Positions 1 to 13,810 of a stretch of DNA of 64,000 bases are shown here, piece by piece (within the stretch, counting starts at the first letter, position 1; each line of letters starts with the position of its first letter). The translations under genes were made by a program, and so were the position numbers. The stretch is taken from the NCBI GenBank assembly GCA_951406725.2, contig OX597820.1, positions 47,616,001 through 47,680,000 of the forward strand, written 5' to 3'. The notes beneath the pieces were generated by a model, which saw nothing but the letters and a program-made list of their open reading frames with translations, was not told the DNA's origin and did no database searches. The DNA is from Octopus vulgaris (Eukaryota).

Positions 1-1278
1 TGATATGAGTGGATATGAGTATTTGGGTATTTTGGAGTTTAACGAAATCAAGGAGAGTGAGATGAAGAAAAGCTTTAGACAGAATAATTCTGAAGAACCA
101 AATTAATTGTGGAGAGTAGACTCAGTGGAAGGAACAAGATCGGAACAATGAATACATGGGCTGTCTTCTTAATGCGACACGGGACATGTGTTATTAGGTG
201 GACAAAAAACGAGCCAGAAGAAATGGATAGAAAAACTAGCAAAGTGATGACAATGAACAAGGAAATGCACCTTAAAAACAATATCGATAGACTACCTTTG
301 CTTGTTGCTGTTCGAAATAGCAACATGACATCTAGTAAAAATATGATACACCAAAAAACATTAAAAAAACTAGATGGGGAACAAAGATTGAACAACTGGA
401 AAATGAAAGCAACGCATGGTCAATACCTCAGAAAAAGGAAAAGAAAAGACGAGACCAACACCAGGCGGTGTCTAAGGAAAAGTGATCTGAAAGGCTGCTG
501 CACTGAAGCATTGATTGAGGCAACGCCAGGAACAAGCTCTGAGAAATAGATAAGATAAGGAGAGTGAAATACCTCCGTTGTAGGGTGTGTAGTAGCAAAA
601 ACGAAACAGTCTCACATATTGTGAGTGAATGCAGCAAGTTGTCTCAAAAAGAATTCTAAAGGAGGCATGATAACTTAGCTAAGTTTTTTCCCTGGAGATT
701 GTGTGAAAAGTACGATCTTGAAAGAACACATGGATGGTACGAGCATAAACCAGAAGGCGTCACCGAGAAAAAAATGGTATAGGCACACACCAGAAAAGGT
801 CACAGAAAATGAGAAAGCAACCATACACTGGGATATGTGAATACACATAGATAGAGAAATTAAGGCCATTAGGCCAGATATAGTTGTCAGAGATCACCAA
901 GATAAAAAAAATGCTTTCTAATCGATGTTTCAATAACAACAGATGACAACGTTTGTCTAAAAGAAACGGAGAAACTTTCAAAATACAAAGAGCTGGAAAT
1001 AGGTGTAACTCGAATGTGGAACCTAAAATTAGAAACAATTCCTATCACTGTAGGTGCATTTTGTATGATAAAAAAACATTGAGACAAATACATAGCAAAA
1101 ACAACAGGACAAGTATATATAACACAGAAAATAGCACTACTAGGCACCGCACACATCCTACGTAAAGCACTTTCAATACAGTAACAATAAGAGCATCACA
1201 ACAAACCGCAGCACATACCCAAGGTACACAGAACCGCGCTCGGTAGTGCAGTGAAAGCACGTGATAAAAATAAGACTA

Positions 1279-1361
<83 letters not shown>
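1..1361 (+). mobile_element. R4/Dong-clade non-LTR retrotransposon, 3' part (RT end, CCHC knuckle, RLE endonuclease, 3'UTR, (TAA)n tail), decayed
   Basis: Broken frames give YEYLGI, CRVCSSKNETVSHIVSECSKL..RRHD, RPDIVV, LIDVSI and EKLSKYKELEI..MWNLKLETIPITVGA. The element ends in (TAA)n at ~1282-1361. Confidence 0.85.
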
Positions 1362-1362
<1 letters not shown>

Positions 1363-1954
1363 TACTTAGTGCTAGTAGTAGTAATATAGTAGCTATTTTC
1401 AAATATTTTAGGGATATAATTTATATTTGCTGTATGGGCTGTTGGAACAAATAAATTGCAAAAAGATGTACATTCACACACAAACATGCACACTCATAGA
1501 TACATGCACACACATACATCCATGCACACACATATCGTGTGCGCCTCTGTGTGTGTTTCTTTTTGGTTTACTTAGTGGTGTACAAACATCGAAGTATGTG
1601 TGCTTGTGTGCATGTGTGTGTATGAGTGAGTGTGTGCCTCAGTATATGTATGTGTGTAACTCTGTGTGTGTATATGTGTGTGTGTATGTACGTGTTTGTG
1701 TTTGTGTGTATGTATACGTACGAGTGTGTGAGTATTGTTGGAGGTGTGCGTTTGTCTGTGCATATCAGAATGTGAGAGTGTACGTACATACATCCAAGTG
1801 CATACACACGCACACACACACATATTTATATATGTATATATATACATTCATTTTTTGTGTGCATGTATGTATACTGACGATATAAGAAACAACAATAATA
1901 ATAAAATCAGCGTGAACTACGGCAATAACATCTTAACAAGTAGACAACGTTAAA

Positions 1955-2031
<77 letters not shown>

Positions 2032-3599
2032 CAATAACAGCAAGAATAACGAGAACAACAAAAGAAATGCAATGAAAGTGGAAGCCTGTGGTAAATAACG
2101 CTATAAAACGCTAGTTTCACAGCTTCACTAATATCCATTAACATCTCTACAAAAATGCAAAAGCCGTCAAAACCAACGAAACGAAACCTCGGTAATACAT
2201 CAAATTTCCTTTTTGCATTGGATCGTTCTTAAACTAACACGTGTTGTGTATGCCCAATATTTACACTGATCGACCGCTAACCACAAGGTGTAAAACACGT
2301 TAAACAGTCTATAAATTGAATCAATACCATAGAAAATCAAACCTGAGCCTCCAACAACACCAAAAGATAATTTGACAAAAGTCTATTTGAAAATATATAA
2401 AAAGACGTGCATAAAGCTAAATAAACGACAAACTTACGATTTCGCCAAAGGTTATATATAAGGTGAATGCGAACATTTATCTTATGTTAAAAGCACCAGC
2501 CCTACCCCCAGAGAAAGAGAATAAGCAAAAACAAAAACAAAATAAAACGAACAAAAACAAATAAAAAAGAAAGGAAAAAAAGACAAAAACAAAAATGCAA
2601 AAGAAAAACATTGAAAAAAATAAGAGAACCAAAAAAGTAATTCAAATATTCTAGGCGACAAATCTCGTATCATCGGAAATGAACGAAGTTGTGCTTGAAC
2701 AGGATATAAAGAAAACAGTAGAAATAGAGCTGGGATGTTGTCTTTTTTTTTGCCTTACAGACAGTTTGTCACAAACGAGAACTGACTAAGACAAATATGT
2801 ATGTACACACGTATACATGTACACACACACACAAACAAACAAACATATATACATAATATGTAGGTGTATACTTAGATATGTATATGCATATGCACATTTT
2901 TATATACATTCATATAAATACACACATAGTTATATACACAATATATACATACACACATGTATAGACGCACACACACACATATATATACATATATGTGTGT
3001 ATATATTGTGCATATAACTATATGTGTATTTATATATATGTATATATCTATATATATATATAAGGTGCCAACATGCTAATGAAAGCATGTTATATGTGTG
3101 TGTGTGTATGCGTGTATGCGTGTGTGTGTTTGTGTGTGTGTGTGTTGTGTATGTATACATACATATATATATATGTATGTATGTATTTATGAATGTATGT
3201 GTGTATATGTGTGTGTGTGTGTGCCTGTGTGTGTGTGTAGGATACAACCATGGTAATAAAAGCATGTTAGACTTGGAGATGTGGACCATCAGGAACAGCT
3301 ATGAGAGAAAGCGGAGGTAGCTACGGAAAATAAAGGCTTAGAATATGAAGGGCGTGGCTCAAATACTTCCTCAAGATCTGCATGACTAGCACAAGCCTAG
3401 CTCATTTGATTGCAATGCAGAACATTCTACTCAAGGCATACAAGAATCATGACAAACAAAGGAAAGCGCTTGCTTGCTGGACGTCCTTGTAGTTTCGTTT
3501 CCTTTCTTTAACTCCCAATTCTTGGGATGGCCACAGGCTGGAGAAAAAGGAACTTGCCTTTTCGAATTAAGAGAACTTTTGCCATTATTTCTTGGAGAG

Positions 3600-4040
3600 C
3601 CTGTTCTTACTACTTGTGGTCTTTCCTCTGTCTCGTGAATGCATTCACTTCTAAACATAGCCTTGAGATTAGGTATTTTTGCATGAATAAACAATAGAGT
3701 GTATCGATCGATCTCAGGTGATATCAGATTGCAGAGTCGTTAACAATGAAAGATTGTTGGGTACTAGTAGCAATATCATTTAGATTTTAAGGAACTATTA
3801 ACACACTGACGAACTTCTTCGTGTGAAAATGAATGTTTAATTCATAGCCCCTTAAGTATGTGTAACCCTCCTCTGGTTCTGACTCCTTTGTAACATTCTG
3901 TTGGTAAAGTGTAACGTTAGATGTTTCTATCACTTTCCCTCTGATAAAAGTTGATTTTGTGCATTTATCGAGGCTAAATTCTATCCTGATGACACCACTA
4001 AACTGTTTTTCAATTGCTCGTCAACCTTCTTGTTTCTGGT
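3600..4040 (-). mobile_element. R4/Dong-like LINE internal fragment (RT C-terminus to zinc knuckle), highly decayed
   Basis: The minus strand encodes IRIEFSLDKC (GMEFGLDKC-like), EGYTYLRG and a degenerate RLC..PEIDR knuckle. Confidence 0.55.
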
Positions 4041-4042
4041 GA

Positions 4043-4370
4043 GTTATTATTATTATTACTATCATTATTTGATGAAAACTCACATCATATTTTGCTGGGT
4101 ATGACCGAAAGTGTCAGCTGTCCGCAGCCATCAGACTATGGTGACACTTGTGTATAGGTCATGCTTCAAGAACCCTGCAAAGAGTTCTTGTAGTTTCAAG
4201 AAAGGCTGATTTTTGTAGGTGTTCTATCTTTGCATTTATACCAAGCTTTTTGAGCCATGCTGGTAGTTGAGTGCTGATACTTCCAAGTGCGTCAATTACT
4301 ATTGGTATCACGTCTATTTTCCTCATTGATGTCTATTTTCCTCATTTCCCATACCACCCATTTCAAAATC
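4043..4370 (-). mobile_element. 5'-truncated R4/Dong LINE 3' end
   Basis: Minus strand reads MRKIDVIPIVIDALGSI...LQKSAFLETTRTLCRVLEA*, with a TAA tail at ~4043-4066. Confidence 0.7.
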
Positions 4371-4395
4371 ATTATTATTATTATTATTATTATTA

Positions 4396-4429
<34 letters not shown>

Positions 4430-4757
4430 TTTTTGTTTTCTTCTTTCAAATTTGCATCCATTTCTTGCCGAGTGTCTTCCCGACTCCTAGGGCAAAGAAA
4501 CTCATAGTATACATTGGTAGGCCATTAAACCAAACTCAGTAGTACGTTCATTTTTTTTTTTTTAAGTTAAATTAAAATACATGAGCAGCAACAGTTCTCA
4601 CATCGACAATGCTCTTCTCAATACGTGTGATGTACCAGTTAAGACAATCTTTTGCACTTCTTGCAGGGATGGTAAGCCAGGGATCATTCTCATATAATTT
4701 TCGGTTCCCTTCTTGATCATTCCTAGTGCTCCTACGATCACTGGTATTGTAACCGCC

Positions 4758-4760
<3 letters not shown>
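4371..4760 (-). mobile_element. 5'-truncated R4/Dong LINE 3' end between TAA arrays
   Basis: Minus strand reads KAVTIPVIVGALGMIKKGTENYMRMIPGLPSLQEVQKIVLTGTSHVLRRALSM*, then 3'UTR and (TAA)n at 4371-4428. Confidence 0.85.
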
Positions 4761-4826
<66 letters not shown>

Positions 4827-4827
<1 letters not shown>

Positions 4828-5010
4828 GCAAAATGTTTAGCGGTATTTCGTCTGTCTTCACTTTTTGGGTTCAAATACCGCCGAAGTCGACTTTGCCTTT
4901 CATCATTTCTGGGTCGATACATTAAGTACCAGTTGAGTACTGGAGCCAAGGTAATCGACTTGCCCCTCTCCACAAAATTCAGGCCTTGTGCCTATAGCAG
5001 AAAGGATTAT
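4827..5010 (+). mobile_element. SINE family B (GGTTCAAAT B-box-like motif plus central GCCTTTCATCC..GGTCGATAAAATAAGTACCAG domain)
   Basis: Matches more than 10 other copies in the window and ends in an (ATT)n tail. Confidence 0.75.
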
Positions 5011-5029
5011 TATTATAATTATAAATATT

Positions 5030-5800
5030 ATTATTATGAAATCCCCCTGTCATTTCATTCATTCTTCCAGGGCGTGACGTTAATAACTCGCAAACATATT
5101 TATCCTCATGCATTCTGAGTACTGAAAGTGTAGCAGATTCAGAATATCTCCTGAGAATATGCACTTTTAAGTCTTTTTCAAAATTGCAACTGTTTGATAC
5201 AAATTATTCGGTAAGTTCTGTCGAACTACCATAATTGTGCCTGGCGTCATATCTGTGCCCATTGAATCTTTTGTTTAATTGTTCTGTTGTACAACCAACA
5301 TAAATCAAATTGAGTTTCGTGCATTCTGCTACATTCACCAAATAGGAATCTCTACACGTCTCACTTTCCGTGTAGATCATAACATTTCTCTTATGGTTCC
5401 TGGTGGAATTCACTTAACTCATGTTGTTGCACAATGAACAGGGCTTACCTCTCTTGCCGATGTTTTTCAAGGTACAACACACTGAAACTCCAATGTTAGT
5501 TTTCTTGGAGTCAGAGGTAGAAGTTAATAGTTCACTTATATTTTTATTCCGTCTAAAGTCTACAACAGGCGACTGAGGAAATATTTGTTTGAAACGAGGA
5601 TATTTTTCCGCAACATGCTGGTAACTTTCATGTAACGCTTTTGAGATGCCAGCGAAAATTCGGTGCCAGTAAATCACTAAAGGAATTCTGTCATATATTG
5701 TACTTTGTTTTCTAAAATTATGCGCGAAAGTTTGAGTTTCTTTGCTAATCTTAGCTATGTCATTTGCTATTTCCTTTAATCGTAATTCACCGTAACTGCG
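5030..5800 (-). mobile_element. Penelope-like element fragment (RT C-terminal linker plus GIY-YIG endonuclease)
   Basis: ORFs 5414-5827, 5204-5413 and 4979-5164 give IPLVIYWH..VVDFRRNKNISELL, CSLC, YLVNVAECTK..IYVGCTTEQLNKRFNGH and HEDKYVCELLTSRPGRMN. Confidence 0.85.
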
Positions 5801-6109
5801 TTTGACATAATTTCGAGGTCGATACATTAAGTACCGGATATCCTTTTATAATATCAAAATCAAGTAGATTGAGATGATTGATTGTATGTTACACCGAATA
5901 AGAAATGGAATATTTAGAAATTCTGGAAGTTACTTAAACAGTCGGATGTCTAAGGAAAATCGTAATGTAAATTACAGCTTTTGCGTTTTATTCCTTCTTA
6001 CAGTTGAGTTGTCAGCTCTGTTAGTTTCGTTAGACCCCAGTGTTGAGCCCAATCCTGGGCCAATGGATATCATCATCATAATTGTTTTTAAAGTCTGCCA
6101 ACTGGCAGA

Positions 6110-6480
6110 ATTGTTAGCATGGGATGTTGTCTTGGGATTTGGTGAGAGCAGGTGTCCTCAGATTTCAAGTATAACTTAGGATATTTTTTTATAGAATACA
6201 AGATTTTTGTACTTTTCTGCAGGTCGACAATGTGAGTCTGAATTTCAATATCCTTTAGCCGCTAGGTAACAGATTAGGTGCTGTATCAAGTGCACCAATT
6301 AGCATAGAGATAATTGTCCTCTCACTTTTCCACAGTCGCTTCAACTCTCTAGCTGTGTCTCATTATCTCTCAAATGTTTCAATTACTTTGGATTTTATTC
6401 TATTATCAGATGGTATTGTAATGTCTATGACCTTACACTGTTTCTTTCGTCCTCTGTAATTATATGTGGTTTTCTTGCTT
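6110..6480 (-). mobile_element. R4/Dong RLE-domain 3' fragment
   Basis: Minus strand reads ARKPHII..CKVIDITIPSD..ARELKRLWK..MLIGALDT. Confidence 0.7.
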
Positions 6481-6846
6481 TAAGAAAGTGTAGGTAAAAC
6501 AATGCAAAAACCTACTCACATTCATATAGTTTAGGAAAGTTTGCGTTCTATTTATTCAGATGTTTCGAACAATTTAAATTCTTTTTCACTTTGCCTGCTC
6601 AATGAAACACGGCTACAAAAATTCCGAGCCACGCCCCGCTTAAAAAGAAAAAAAAAATAGCAATTCCCAAGCAGAAGAGAAAAAAGAGTAGAAATTTAAT
6701 TGTATAACAGAATATTAATGTTGAACTTAAACAAAAAAGAAAACAATAAAATTTTAGCAGCAAAAAAAAAAAATAGAAAATGTCAATTTGAATAAATTTA
6801 GAAAATGTTTCTATCAACAACAACAACAACAGCAACAACAACAACG

Positions 6847-6916
<70 letters not shown>

Positions 6917-7430
6917 AAGTAACAGCAACGAAGACGACAACGACGACTGCCTTGCCAAACGAATACATTACCGATATATCGCATGCATTGACTCCTTTAG
7001 TAGCATCCTAGACAATACAAAATATTTGAATACGAATCTTTTAGTGGAGAAGGTGGCAATGTAGCTGAGACATTTTCCGTAAAATAACCTCTCTATCTGA
7101 TGATTACACATAAGTAGATAAAAGCACAAAAAAAAACAACAACAAAAACAAACAAAACCCAAAACTCGTGTATCTCTGCCTCTTAGTAAATGGCTGAGGT
7201 TTTCAAATGCCCTCGAAATAGCTAATGAAAGGAAAACTCGTTTTGTTTTAGTAAGCTGGATCCTACGGGACTATTTCTGTTGTTTTGAAATTGAAAACAC
7301 ACCCTCCAAAGAAACATGCTCATCCATATACTCGTGTTTGGAGTAGAGAAATACAGGAGCACCGATCAGGAATATCGGCAATGGTATTAGCTCCTTATCT
7401 GCTGCCTCCTTTGTATCGATGTAAGGGCGG

Positions 7431-7700
7431 ATGGTCAGTGCAAGAGTGAAAACGGAGGTACATGGTCAAGAAGGAAACAGAACGAATTTAAAAGTGCTCA
7501 TATCTCCTCAAAACCACAGGGATATAATGGGTCTGTATCCTGCTGCTGATGCAGAAACAAAGGACATGAGACTTTTGGTGCAGGACAGAAGACCTAATTG
7601 TTACACCTGTGGAAGCAAGAGCCATTTGAGGGACTTTTGCCCCGTTGAACTGGTAAAATTAAAAGAAATTTCACGAAAACGGATGGCAACTACATTGTAA
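7431..7700 (+). mobile_element. LINE ORF1 (Tx1/L1-like) remnant with a CCHC zinc knuckle
   Basis: RRPNCYTCGSKSHLRDFCP fits CX2CX4HX4C (7599-7640). Confidence 0.55.
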
Positions 7701-7719
7701 AAATACGTTCTGAATCATA

Positions 7720-8060
7720 AAAATCATCCCTGAATTTTCCCAAGAAGTAGGCATCTAAACAAATTTCGTATGACAAGATATTTAAAAGAAAAATTGAAGA
7801 TGCACTGTGGCGCTACAAAATTTGCGAGCAAAGGCAAATGAGTCACTAAGTCAAGGAAAGTTGGTTCATTCGGATAATTATGAAAACTTTCTGTACAGAG
7901 TCATGATAGGTGATGAAACACGGAGGTAGGGATACCGTGTTTGAAAGAAGAAAAAAACGAACATCGTCACTGAAAACAGAAAGCACATCAGAGCTGTTCG
8001 AATATAAGATGGTGAGGATCGTGTTTTTGATAACATGTTTTGATAACGAGTAATATTTGT
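7720..8060 (+). mobile_element. Decayed mariner transposase fragment
   Basis: VMIGDETR..GY (GDETW-like) and KAHQSCSNI..IVF (KARQSRSNIK..IVFFD-like). Confidence 0.45.
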
Positions 8061-8118
8061 TTTAAGACACGCGTGCACACTCACACACACAAACACACAC
8101 AGACACACACACACACAC

Positions 8119-8166
<48 letters not shown>

Positions 8167-8351
8167 GCACATACACACACACTCATTCACACACATGCAG
8201 ACAAATATGAGAAAGAAATTCTTAGCTCATTCATTTTTACCAATATAGTCAACGAATGTCTTCGATCTCAAACATTGCATCCTCATCCTCTAACACATGT
8301 GTATACGTATTCGTTAAATTATCTCTAAATGTCTATATGTAAACTTGCGTA

Positions 8352-8575
8352 CAATAATCCCTCGACTATCGCGGGTGTTACATTCCAAAATACCGCGCGA
8401 TAGATTAAAATCCACGAACTAGAAACAGTACTGTACCGTATATTTAAAAAAATTATTTTTATAATTTGTATATATTTATTTTGGTTATAAATGCAAAACA
8501 ACACCACGGAGGGATCGACGTAAGCTTAAATAATAAACCGCGATAAGTGAACCGCGATATGGTGAGGGATTACTG
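8352..8575. mobile_element. Tigger/pogo-type MITE
   Basis: TIRs CAATAATCCCTCG.. and (reverse complement) CAGTAATCCCTCA.., with TA on both flanks (8350-51, 8576-77). Confidence 0.8.
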
Positions 8576-8920
8576 TACATATAAATGCAGCTTGTAAGCA
8601 TGTATTTATGTAAGAATATACCTTATATATATATGTTTATGTATGGAAATCTGTGTATATACATATATATATATATATATATATTAAGACTTATATACAC
8701 GTATGTGTATATATCAATATAAGCATAAATTCATATGATGTATGTTTATGTACATGTATATGTGGGCGTGTATGTATGCTAACATTTTTGTTCTGAGTTC
8801 AAATTTCGTCGATATTGAGTTTGCCTTTCATCCTTTCGAGATCAATAAAATAAGTACTGGAGTCGGTGTAATCGATTACTTGTTGACTTTGTGCCAATAT
8901 TTGAAATCAGTATATATGCT

Positions 8921-9302
8921 TACTCTGTTACTTGTTTCAGTCATTTGACTGTGGCGATGCTGGAGCACCGCCATTAGTCTAGCAAATCGACCCAAGGACT
9001 TATTCTTTGTTAGCCTAGTCTATTTTGCCGAACTGTTAAGTTACGGGGACATAAACACATCAGCATCGGTTGTCAAGCGACGTTGGGGGGGCAAACACAG
9101 ACACATACACACACACATATACATATATACACATATATACGACGGGCTTCTTTCAATTTCCGTCTACCAAATCCACTCACAAGGCTTTGGTCGGCCCGAG
9201 GCTATAGTAGAAGATACTTACCCAAGGTGCCACGCAGTAGGCTTGAACCCGGAACCATGTTGTTGGTAAGCAAGCTACTTACCACACAGCCACTCCTGCG
9301 CC
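8921..9302 (-). mobile_element. SINE family A (tRNA-like head, CORE-like ACCTTGGGCAAGTG segment, internal microsatellite, LINE-like tail)
   Basis: A-box TGGCTGTGTGG, B-box GGTTCAAGCC and tail GGCGGTGCTCCAGCAT..ATGACTGAAACAAGTAA. Confidence 0.85.
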
Positions 9303-9844
9303 TATAAATAACTATATTTAGAGGCATCGACCAAAATCCTACGAACGCGAAATATATCAAAATCACATAGGTTTATCCATATACACGTAATAATATCCTT
9401 AAAACGAACACACTTGCACTCAAAAGCCCATAAACAAGAAAATGTCTACTGGAAACTAGGTTTCTAGGACACTCCATCCATTTGTCTTTCTGAGAAATTT
9501 TTCGACGTCTTAATTTTACGCCATTTTTTTAATCAGTTTGAAGTAAACTAGTGACATGTTTGTCACCCGTGTGATAAATCCTTTGTAATCACAATGCCAT
9601 ATTGTTTAACTTATAAAATTTATATTATTTATGTCTGTATGTGTTTGGGTGTGTAGTATGTTTCTCTTGTAGTCAGGACACACACACACATATACATAGA
9701 TTGATAAACAATCTTCCATGCACACATGCATACATATGTATATACATACATCCTGTATGTGTTTGTGTGTACACACGCACACACGCGTATATATAAGTAT
9801 ATACACAGAAACATATACACATATGTATAAAGCGTATATATGTA

Positions 9845-10203
9845 GGCGTAGAAGTGGCTGTGTGGAGGCGTAGGAGTGGCAGTGTGGTAACTAGCTTGCT
9901 TACCAACCACATGGTTCCGGGTTCAGTCCTACTGCGTGGCACCTTGGTCAAGTGTCTTATACTATAGCCTCTGGCCGACCAAAGCCTTGTGAGCGGATTT
10001 GGTAGACGGAAACTGAAAGAAGCCCGTCGTATATATGCCGGTGTGTTTACGTCCCCGTAACTTAGCGGTTCGGCAAAAGAGCCCAATAGAATAAGTACTA
10101 GGCTTACAAAGAATAAGTCCTGGGGCCGATTTGCTCGACTAAAGGCACTGCTCCAGCATGGCCACAGTCAATTGACTGAAACAAGTAAAAAAAGTAAACG
10201 AGT
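9845..10203 (+). mobile_element. SINE family A with a duplicated ~22-bp 5' end and an internal deletion
   Basis: GGCGTAGAAGTGGCTGTGTGGA is followed by GGCGTAGGAGTGGCAGTGTGG; the family tail is present. Confidence 0.85.
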
Positions 10204-10587
10204 ATGCACGAGATTGTATAAGTTTTCTATGTGTAAAATATTTAACTGAGAGTCATCAGTTAATATGGCTAGTGAAAAAAGATTCCAGAAAAATACTTTT
10301 TCGTACTTATTTCAAATCGCTCTTCTGCCGTATTTGCTTTTCTTTCCTCCGCGGTTGATAAATATTAAATCAGTCTTGAGCAGCCGTTTTTGGAATCGGC
10401 AGAGCGAATGACATAATGGACGCTGTATTTGTTCCGGGTCTATCCGTTTTCAGTTCGAATCCAAATCGAGTCGTGAAAAAACCTTCGTGATATGCACTGA
10501 ATCTTTCGCTTCTTTTTACCTGTTGGCGCCTATCATTTTTCAGATCTGTCTTCCTCCTAAAAGAGATAAGATTAATTGACAGATAGG

Positions 10588-10655
<68 letters not shown>

Positions 10656-11019
10656 AAAAAGAGAGAAAGTAGGAGGAATGAGAGATAATGAGAAACAGAC
10701 AGATGGATAAACGTAATGAGCAGGAAATATTGAACAGTATATTGCACTGATACTTCATTTATTTAACGGGAAACGATGAGATACACAATTGATAATGATG
10801 GAATCTGAACTCATCTTGTATTCAACCATAACTCATACAGCAAACCAACTGCATGCTAAGAACCTAAGTTTCCGAAAAACTGTATTCCATATGTCGTCAA
10901 GCAAGTCGAGATTCTGTCTTCAGACTTTGGGTAAGATTTCAACGGTTGTAGGCGTCAATTAAGAAATACATTTTGAGTAGTAAACCCATTTACTTCTGTT
11001 TTGGGTTTTACTCTCCATA

Positions 11020-11225
11020 CAAGCTTCGAATTCTGGCACAAAGCCGGTAATTTCGGGGGAGGGGAGTAAGTCGATTACATGGGCCCCAGTGCTCAACTGA
11101 TACTTATTTGAGCGACCTCGAGAGGATGAAAGGTAAAGTGGACCTCAGAGGGAATTTGAACCCAGAAAGTAAAGACGGACGAAATGCTGCTCGGCGTGCT
11201 AACGACTCTTCTAGCTTTCCACCTT
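11020..11225 (-). mobile_element. SINE family B
   Basis: Reverse-complement match to the family B body. Confidence 0.7.
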
Positions 11226-12568
11226 CTTTGCTCCGCGTATTAATTTCATGTTTTATGATCAGGGATAAATAACTTGTGAATAATGTTTGAAAATATATCT
11301 TTGAATGTCCATCTGTTTCACAAATATGTTTCAATATGGTGCCAAGAATCTGCTCTATTGATTTAACCTCCGACTCATATATGATAGCCTCTCATCGCGG
11401 AATCCATTTAGCAGGAATGTTTTCTTGTTTCAACATAAGCAACAAGTTTCAGGGGGTGTAGCACGTCTTGCTTCATATCAGTGATGCAGTTAAGACTTAC
11501 ATTAAGTTTGAAGGATGAAAAGTCTTTTCATGAGTAAGTGAGGAAGTGAGAACAAAGTATGTTAATATATCTCAAAGATAATATGTTCGGCCTACTCGAA
11601 AATTCACGAAACTCATATTAGCAATGTATTAACGAAGGGCTTATAATGTCAAAAATTATATAAATCAGTCGTATATTCATTATGTTCAATACTCCACACT
11701 TAGCTACATGCAACTTCTTGATCCTTTATGCATAAATATATACGTACATATATGCATACACACACAGTTATATATATATATATATGTATATATACATTTT
11801 ATCGTATAAGAGCTAATAGTCACACTGACACACAAACTCTCCCATGCGCATTTTAATAGTCCATTCATACACACACACACGCAGACACACACACGCACGC
11901 ACACACACAGACACACACAAATATGCAAAGATATATACCCACACATAATTAAATGTTATACAATCAAATATTTACAAACAACCATACTCGCACACATACA
12001 TTACTTTAAACACACGCATAAATACTAAATGCATTATATATATATATATACACATACATATATTCCCACATCATTACAAGCAAAGATATAGAAAAGAGAC
12101 AGAGACAAATTATATATATTCACGTAATATAGGTTCTCTCAAGCAGAGTGGCACCAATGTCACAAAAATATAACCATATCTAATTACAACTAACGTATAT
12201 AAGTCTATGTATATATATATATATATACATACATATATATATATGTATATATTTATATATAGAGAGAGAGGGAGAGAGAGAGATAGATAGAGAGATATAG
12301 ATATATGTATGTATGTATGTGTGTGTAATAACGTATGCACACACATCCTTTACTATATATATATATATATAATTATATACGCGTAATTATGTACGCATAT
12401 CTATATACACTCACATAAAAAACCATAAATATTAAAGCAAGTTGGTCGTGTTTGTCATTTGTGACAAAAGACTTAAATCATGCTCACGAGAGAAATTTGG
12501 CACAGGGTAGCAATACCTCGTAGACACACAGACACACACACACGCTCGTGCGCATACGCACACATGAA

Positions 12569-12599
<31 letters not shown>

Positions 12600-13419
12600 G
12601 CGTGTGTATATAAAATATATAATATATATGTACATATATGATACATTTAAGTATACATATATAGATATATATTTGTGTATACCCACCCACACAGATACAC
12701 ACACATAGATACTCACAGATACACACAGACCCACACACACATACTTTATGCATATGTGTGTGTTGTATAGTTTTATTTTTGAAGTTATTCATCCGAAACT
12801 TCACACTATGCCTTGTAATCTCAAATGTCTCATCCGAGACATCACTTCCCACTCTATTATGTGAAAAAATTAAAAGATAAAAATAATTTTCAGAAATAAC
12901 AACAACGATAACAACAACAGCTACAAGAACAACAACAACAACAGCAACAACAACTATAATAATAATAATAATTTATAAGATTATTGAAACTAAACAAAGT
13001 TTCCCAGAATTCCGTAACATCTTTGGTGGTCTACTCGAGGGGCATTCGTTCGTAAATATTGCTCCAACATGTAGAAATATCTAATCTGAGAATATATTTC
13101 ATTTTGCAGTGTTTGTTTTCTAGTTGTTTTATAAAATATTTGGGTTAAACCTAAACTAAACGAAGAAATGTGTGATCGCAAACTGTGTGATTATCATTGC
13201 GTACTCTCCTAAATCTTCATCAGATTCACTGTAGCATGTAATACGATCGTTTGTCAAATTTATATTCTTTTGTCAAAAAACTGCGACCCAGACCACCAGC
13301 TGTTTTACATAGGATTCTGCTTTTTACCAATTTAAAAAAACTACATGCATAGCAAACAGAAATACTGTTGCTATAGAATTGCGAATAATTGGTAGATAAC
13401 ATCGAAAAATAGCTTACAG

Positions 13420-13810
13420 ATCTCTTACTTTTCCGTTTTCGACTTCCTGGGTTTTGGGCAATGGGGTAGTGACTATGGACTTTGTAGCCCTACACCACCG
13501 AAGTCGGGAGAATGATTTTGTTAATATTCACTTTAAACTGCTGTTAGCCAACACCTGTAGGAGACATGACCTGAAAGAGGGGAAGAAAATGCGAGGTTCC
13601 GGTGCTTTGGTGGAAAGGGGTCTGGGTATTGTGTTTAGTGCAGGGCCTAAGAGGTAGTGGACATTACAAGAATGATGAGAGGATGAGATATAAGTGGGTT
13701 TAGAATGCCAACTCCGAGGAAGAGATCTCATTATTGGAACAGTCAAAGAACAGAGAGATGTGATAGTAAGTCTGAGCTTTTCTCTGGATGTTGTGTTCGC
13801 AGTGGGCACA
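13420..13810 (-). mobile_element. Decayed CR1/Jockey-group LINE 3' end
   Basis: Minus strand has TSLCSL..SSELA and QQFKVNINKI, resembling the ORF2 C-terminus; the match is weak. Confidence 0.35.

Noticed and set aside
2432-2500. Minus-strand micro-exon (MFAFTLYITFGEI|GTAAGT)
   Set aside because: The donor is good, but the acceptor is ambiguous and I recognise no homology.
11250-11700. RTE-like RT remnant on the minus strand
   Set aside because: It rests on a single degenerate motif (MKQDVLHP).
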